Assembly: GCA_937876775.1 (NCBI GenBank)
Contig: CALEFA010000078.1
Location: 8,441 to 72,440 of the forward strand
Length of the DNA stretch: 64,000 bases
Reading direction: 5' to 3'
Source: an uncultured Rhodobiaceae bacterium
GTDB taxonomy: Bacteria > Pseudomonadota > Alphaproteobacteria > RS24
Shown: piece after piece, positions 59,895 through 64,000 of the stretch
How positions within the stretch are numbered: position 1 is the stretch's first letter
How the letters are laid out: each line of letters starts with the position of its first letter
Notes under the pieces: model-generated
Database searches by the model: none
Told to the model about the DNA's origin: nothing
The model's input: only the letters and a program-made list of their open reading frames with translations
Made by a program: the position numbers and the translations under genes

Positions 59895-60827
59895 TTATGG
59901 CCGGAAAATCGTCACACGGTCAGAAGCGGTAAACAGTGAGTAAAACCCACCGCCCATGGCCCCACCGATAATAATCAGCTCATTGCCTGTGCCATAATAG
60001 GCCATTTGGTGGCGCGCTTCGGGCAAATTGCTGAGCTTTTTCCAGCCCGCGTTTTCCAGCATCACATGCATATTGAGAACTTGGCGGCCAATTTGGCTAT
60101 AGCCACCGGCATAGTGTAAATGACCGCCGACTTCGCCCAATGCGCCGCCACTTGCCGCGCGCGGCAAATCTTTGAGCCGACGCCAACTGCCTTTTTGCGG
60201 GTTAAATGCTTGAACGGCGGCCACGTCTTTGCCTTGGGCATTCGTGCCACCAGCGAAAATATACTCTTCACCGAATTTGGCGACGGCGCTATTGGCCACC
60301 GCAACCGGCATCTCGCTTGGCCATTGTTTCCATCTGCCATTATCCAAATCATAGCTTTCAACGCGCGCCACTTGCTCGCCCTCGCCGCCAATGATGAACA
60401 CTTGGTTTTGCGACACAAAACTTGTGTGCCCAGAGCGCTTAGACGGCATCGTCGCCAGTTCGAGCCATAGCGCATTTTCCGGCGCATACATCCATAGTTT
60501 GTCGCTTAAAGCAGCGGTTTCTGCATCGCGTCCGCCAGAGACAAATACCCGACCGGCACCAGCCGCCAAAGAAAAATGTGACAGGCTAGCTGGCAGCGGC
60601 GTCAGCGGGCGCCAGCCATCATTGGCAATATCATAAAGCTCGAAGAACTGCCGCAATCCAGCACCGATGGTGCCACTCATAACATAGAGGCGGTTTTCCA
60701 TTTCAGCCGCCACCGCTTTCGGCACTGACGTTGGTAACGAAGTGGCCGGACGCCATTCAGCCAACGCTGGCGACAGAGAAAAAATCATGACAGCCTGCAA
60801 TAAGGCGATGCGTGTAAAACGATTCAT
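59895..60827 (-). CDS. secreted Kelch-repeat beta-propeller protein
   Basis: Signal peptide (IALLQAVMIFSLSPALA) followed by five to six repeats with the G-G...W pattern (VSGG, IIGGEG, FAGG, YAGG, IIGG). Confidence 0.7.
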   Translation of the reverse strand: MNRFTRIALLQAVMIFSLSPALAEWRPATSLPTSVPKAVAAEMENRLYVMSGTIGAGLRQFFELYDIANDGWRPLTPLPASLSHFSLAAGAGRVFVSGGRDAETAALSDKLWMYAPENALWLELATMPSKRSGHTSFVSQNQVFIIGGEGEQVARVESYDLDNGRWKQWPSEMPVAVANSAVAKFGEEYIFAGGTNAQGKDVAAVQAFNPQKGSWRRLKDLPRAASGGALGEVGGHLHYAGGYSQIGRQVLNMHVMLENAGWKKLSNLPEARHQMAYYGTGNELIIIGGAMGGGFYSLFTASDRVTIFRP

Positions 60828-60834
60828 ATGTTCT

Positions 60835-62280
60835 CTATATCAGAAAAACTGTGGCAAAACTAAGAAACGCGAAAAACCCGATGACATCGGTGACTGTGGT
60901 TACAAAAACAGTGGAGGCCAAAGCCGGGTCAACACCGGCGCGATACAGGCCAATAGGAATGAGAATACCAGCCATAGCAGCGACGAATAGATTGACGACC
61001 ATGGCAGCTGCCAAAACCGCCCCCAGCGCCGCGCTGTCAAACCATAAGGCGGCCACGATGCCCGTGACCAACGCGAACACCAGACCGTTTAAGATGCCGA
61101 CGCCGAGCTCACGATAAACAACGCGCACCATATTAACCGCTTGCAGTTCTTGCGTCGCCAGACCGCGCACAGCAATGGTCAGTGTTTGCGTACCGGCATT
61201 CCCCCCCATGGAGGCAACAATCGGCATGAGAATGGCCAGCGCCACCATTTTTTCAATTGAGGCGTCAAACCAGCCAATGACAATCGAGGCGGCAATGGCC
61301 GTCAATAGGTTCAAAAATAGCCATGACACGCGCCCGCGTGCGGTATCATAGACGCTATCGGTCACTGCTTCGTCGCCAACACCACCGAGCAAGAGAATAT
61401 CTTCGCCAGCCTCTTCAACAATTACCTCAAACACATCGTCGGGCGTTACCACGCCCAGCAAACGCTGGTCTTCGCCAACCACTGCGGCTGATACCAAATG
61501 GTAACGTTCAAAAATCCGCGCCACTTCTTCGCGGTCAAGATCGGCCTGCAGCAACATGAAATGATCATGCGTCAGCGACTCGATTTTTTCAGCCCGCTGA
61601 GCCCGCAAGATTTGTGACAAATGCACCGCGCCAATCGGCTTATAGGTCGGGTCGGTAACGTAAATTTCAAGAAAATCAGTTGGCAAGTCATCTGAGGCGC
61701 GCAAATAGTCGATAGTTTGCCCGACCGTCCAATAAGGCGGCACAGCGATAAACTCCGACTGCATGAGGCGGCCCGCACTGTCTTCGGGAAACTCAAGCGC
61801 GCGTTCCAGAACCAGACGGCTTGAGCGCGGAATTTTCCGCAAGATTTGCTGCCGATCTTCTTCGTCCATATCCTCAAGAACGAAGACCGCATCATCACTA
61901 TCGAGCTCTTGAACAGTGGCGACCATTTTCTCAAGGTCGACAAACTCAATCACCTCATCGCGAATACTTTCATCAAGCTCGGGAAAAACCGCTGACGGAA
62001 TATCAACCCCGACCAATGCCATAAAGGCCAAGCGTTGGTCATAGGTTAATAGGCTAATGATTTCGGCGATGTCGGATTCGTGCATGTCGTTGATGGCGGC
62101 CAAGACCGCTGAACCATCGCCTAAGCTGACTAAATCGCGAATATTATCGAGCTCTTCCGAGGTTAGCGCTTCAAGTGCTGAATTGCCTTCTTGGGCCGGC
62201 TCAATCTGATTCGACGACACATCCACTCCTTTATTCATCCATAGGCGCGGCAAAAACACTGGCCGAACGCCTTGCGACAC
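60835..62280 (-). CDS. mgtE: magnesium transporter MgtE
   Basis: N-domain, tandem CBS region and C-terminal five-helix TM domain (PIVASMGGNAGTQ, TDVIGFF). The start is uncertain: GTG 62280 or ATG 62238. Confidence 0.9.
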   Translation of the reverse strand: MSQGVRPVFLPRLWMNKGVDVSSNQIEPAQEGNSALEALTSEELDNIRDLVSLGDGSAVLAAINDMHESDIAEIISLLTYDQRLAFMALVGVDIPSAVFPELDESIRDEVIEFVDLEKMVATVQELDSDDAVFVLEDMDEEDRQQILRKIPRSSRLVLERALEFPEDSAGRLMQSEFIAVPPYWTVGQTIDYLRASDDLPTDFLEIYVTDPTYKPIGAVHLSQILRAQRAEKIESLTHDHFMLLQADLDREEVARIFERYHLVSAAVVGEDQRLLGVVTPDDVFEVIVEEAGEDILLLGGVGDEAVTDSVYDTARGRVSWLFLNLLTAIAASIVIGWFDASIEKMVALAILMPIVASMGGNAGTQTLTIAVRGLATQELQAVNMVRVVYRELGVGILNGLVFALVTGIVAALWFDSAALGAVLAAAMVVNLFVAAMAGILIPIGLYRAGVDPALASTVFVTTVTDVIGFFAFLSFATVFLI

Positions 62281-62327
62281 TTTTAAGATAGACGTGTTCG
62301 TGATTCGACGAAACCTAGGAGAGAACG

Positions 62328-62702
62328 ATGATTGAAATTATTTTAGCCGCACTGATTGTTTATTTACTGCAACTCATGCTGCCTGCCGTTATTGGTCTTT
62401 TGACCGGCCGCGTCAGCACCAGCTATTTGCTTGGCCCCCGCGACACCACGCCAGAAACAAGCCCTGGCATCCAACGTTTGAAAAGAGCCGCTAGCAATAT
62501 GGGCGAGAGCCTGCCAGCGTTTATGACACTTGCTGTTTTGTCGATTATCAGCGGTGCGGCAAATGCCGAAATCGCAACATATTGGGTCGGTTTACGGATT
62601 GTCTATGTGATTACCTATTGGGCGCACATCAATAATGTGCGGACAATCATTTGGGTGCTGTCGATCGCCTGTTTGATCGCCATGGCACTGAATTTACTCT
62701 AG
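62328..62702 (+). CDS. MAPEG-family membrane protein
   Basis: 124 aa with four hydrophobic segments and the R...N..E.LP.F pattern. Confidence 0.65.
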   Translation: MIEIILAALIVYLLQLMLPAVIGLLTGRVSTSYLLGPRDTTPETSPGIQRLKRAASNMGESLPAFMTLAVLSIISGAANAEIATYWVGLRIVYVITYWAHINNVRTIIWVLSIACLIAMALNLL

Positions 62703-62891
62703 TCACCAGTCGAATTCATCCATCCACTCACTAAAGAACTCAGCCTCGTCGTAGAACCATTCTACGTCGAGGTTGGGGGCTGGTGGCTGTTTCGGCGGCC
62801 GCTTGAACGGCACAACATTATCACTGTGCTCGGTTTTCTTCTTGTCATCATCGCTGTGAACCATTTTCATCACCATCTTGCGTTTTGCCAT
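62703..62891 (-). CDS. small hypothetical protein, basic N-terminus and acidic/aromatic C-terminus
   Basis: 62 codons with GC-biased third positions as in neighbouring genes, but no clear SD. No family recognised. Confidence 0.35.
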   Translation of the reverse strand: MAKRKMVMKMVHSDDDKKKTEHSDNVVPFKRPPKQPPAPNLDVEWFYDEAEFFSEWMDEFDW

Positions 62892-62961
62892 CGAAATTTA
62901 TTAGACTTTAATGTAAGTCGCTTGGCGCAGAAATAAAGGCAATGTCGACAGGGAGAGCAAA

Positions 62962-64000
62962 ATGAGTAATTGGCCTTCAGGAAGCCTCAAACCACGTATT
63001 GCCATCATTGGTGCCGGCATGTCGGGCATCGCCGCTGTCATTAAACTGCGCAAAGCGGGCTATGACGACATAACAGTTTTTGAAAAAAGCGAGAAAGTCG
63101 GTGGCACATGGCGCGCCAATCGCTACCCTGGCCTCTCCTGTGATGTGCCATCGCATTGGTATAGTTTTACCTTCGCGCCAAACCCCGACTGGTCGCACAA
63201 ATTTTCTTATGGCCCAGAAATTCAGGCCTATATGGAAAAAACCGCCGCCGACTTCGACGTGCTCTCGGTTTGCCGCTTCAACACATCGGTCGAAGCGTTG
63301 GACTATATTGACGGGCAATGGCGATTGGTCACGCAGCATGGTGATGAAGAGATTTTTGACATTGTGATTTCTGCCACCGGTATTTTGCATCACCCAAGCA
63401 AGCCCGACATCGCCGGTCTTGATAGCTTCGAGGGTAAATCTTTCCATAGCGCCGAATGGGATATGGAGGTTGATTTAACCGGCAAGCGCGTGGGCATTAT
63501 CGGCACAGGTTCCACCGCCGCGCAAATTATTGGCGAGATCACCCCACGGGTCGCGGAAATGAATGTTTTTCAACGCACACCGCAATGGGTCGCCCCGCTG
63601 CCACAGCGCGCATATTCTAAATTTGAAAAAACCATGATGCGGCTTTTGCCATTTATTCCGCGCCTGCTTTATTGGCTCAATTACGGCATGTTCAAATTGG
63701 TGTTTGGCCCAGCCACCACGGGCGATAAAAAGGCTCAGGAAAAAATTTCACAAATCTGCCACACGCATTTGGAAGAAAACATCAAAGACCCTGAATTGCG
63801 TGCCAAGCTGACGCCGGATTATCAAGCGGCTTGCAAAAGGCTTATTTTCGCCTCGGACTTTTATCCGGCGATGACGCAAGAACACACGAATTTAATTACC
63901 GAGCGAATTTCGCAGATCGAAGCCACAGGCATTCGCACAGCCGATGGCCAATTGCATGAATTAGATATTCTGATTTTAGCCACCGGTTTTGACTCCTCTG
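62962..64000 (+). CDS. flavin-containing / Baeyer-Villiger-type monooxygenase (5' part, continues past the window end)
   Basis: Not in the ORF track because there is no stop in the window. My own translation from ATG 62962 (GGGAGAG upstream) reads IAIIGAGMSGIAA, EKSEKVGGTWRANRYPGLSCDVPSHWYSF, a second Rossmann GKRVGIIGTGSTAAQ, QRTPQW and LATGF. The frame is open to position 64000. Confidence 0.85.
   Translation, partial: MSNWPSGSLKPRIAIIGAGMSGIAAVIKLRKAGYDDITVFEKSEKVGGTWRANRYPGLSCDVPSHWYSFTFAPNPDWSHKFSYGPEIQAYMEKTAADFDVLSVCRFNTSVEALDYIDGQWRLVTQHGDEEIFDIVISATGILHHPSKPDIAGLDSFEGKSFHSAEWDMEVDLTGKRVGIIGTGSTAAQIIGEITPRVAEMNVFQRTPQWVAPLPQRAYSKFEKTMMRLLPFIPRLLYWLNYGMFKLVFGPATTGDKKAQEKISQICHTHLEENIKDPELRAKLTPDYQAACKRLIFASDFYPAMTQEHTNLITERISQIEATGIRTADGQLHELDILILATGFDSS

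Noticed and set aside
62977-63447. 156-codon minus-strand ORF from the track.
   Set aside because: The plus strand here encodes an unmistakable flavin monooxygenase (GxGxxG, GGTW..N.YPG, second Rossmann). The track omits it only because it has no stop inside the window.
1-64000. CRISPR arrays, IS elements, transposase/integrase genes, prophage structural genes and known defence-system signatures (nucleases/helicases/RT/STAND-type ORFs).
   Set aside because: No regularly spaced repeats were seen, and no ORF has such motifs. Every ORF above 100 codons that I accept has a housekeeping or metabolic assignment or a small DUF-type profile.

Overview
This window looks like a densely packed, mostly core chromosomal segment of an alphaproteobacterium. 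Evidence for that: mipZ, a single RelA/SpoT homologue next to rpoZ, the operon DUF2062-pdxJ-acpS-lepB-rnc-era-recO, gatCAB, the run ruvX-pyrB-pyrC'-plsY-dprA-topA-rnr, clpS-clpA, and a DinB with an N-terminal zinc ribbon. I call 68 protein genes and one tRNA-Ser(GCU). Two of the genes are absent from the ORF track: rpmG (55 codons) and a flavin monooxygenase that runs off the 3' end. I also call two intrinsic terminators and a few candidate regulatory palindromes. All functional names come from reading the translations for family motifs; no database search was possible. Several ORF-track starts were moved to internal ATG/GTG codons that have Shine-Dalgarno support or avoid overlaps. I found no CRISPR array, rRNA, transposase, integrase or IS element, and no recognisable defence, toxin-antitoxin, secretion-system or phage structural genes. 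The only clearly accessory DNA surrounds the tRNA-Ser. On its 3' side is a roughly 1.2 kb low-GC islet with a Firmicutes-style YdeI-family gene and short tandem repeats but no mobility gene. On its 5' side is a high-GC block with an orphan GH24 lysozyme. I cannot point to a convincing undescribed multi-gene system. The best leads are modest: the tRNA-Ser mosaic; an Irr-box-like palindrome between a peroxiredoxin and a small globin; mipZ translationally coupled to a membrane J-domain protein; a DUF3572-HAD-dinB operon; a 14-bp perfect hairpin with an SD/anti-SD loop; a parS-like palindrome; and a non-catalytic PyrC'.
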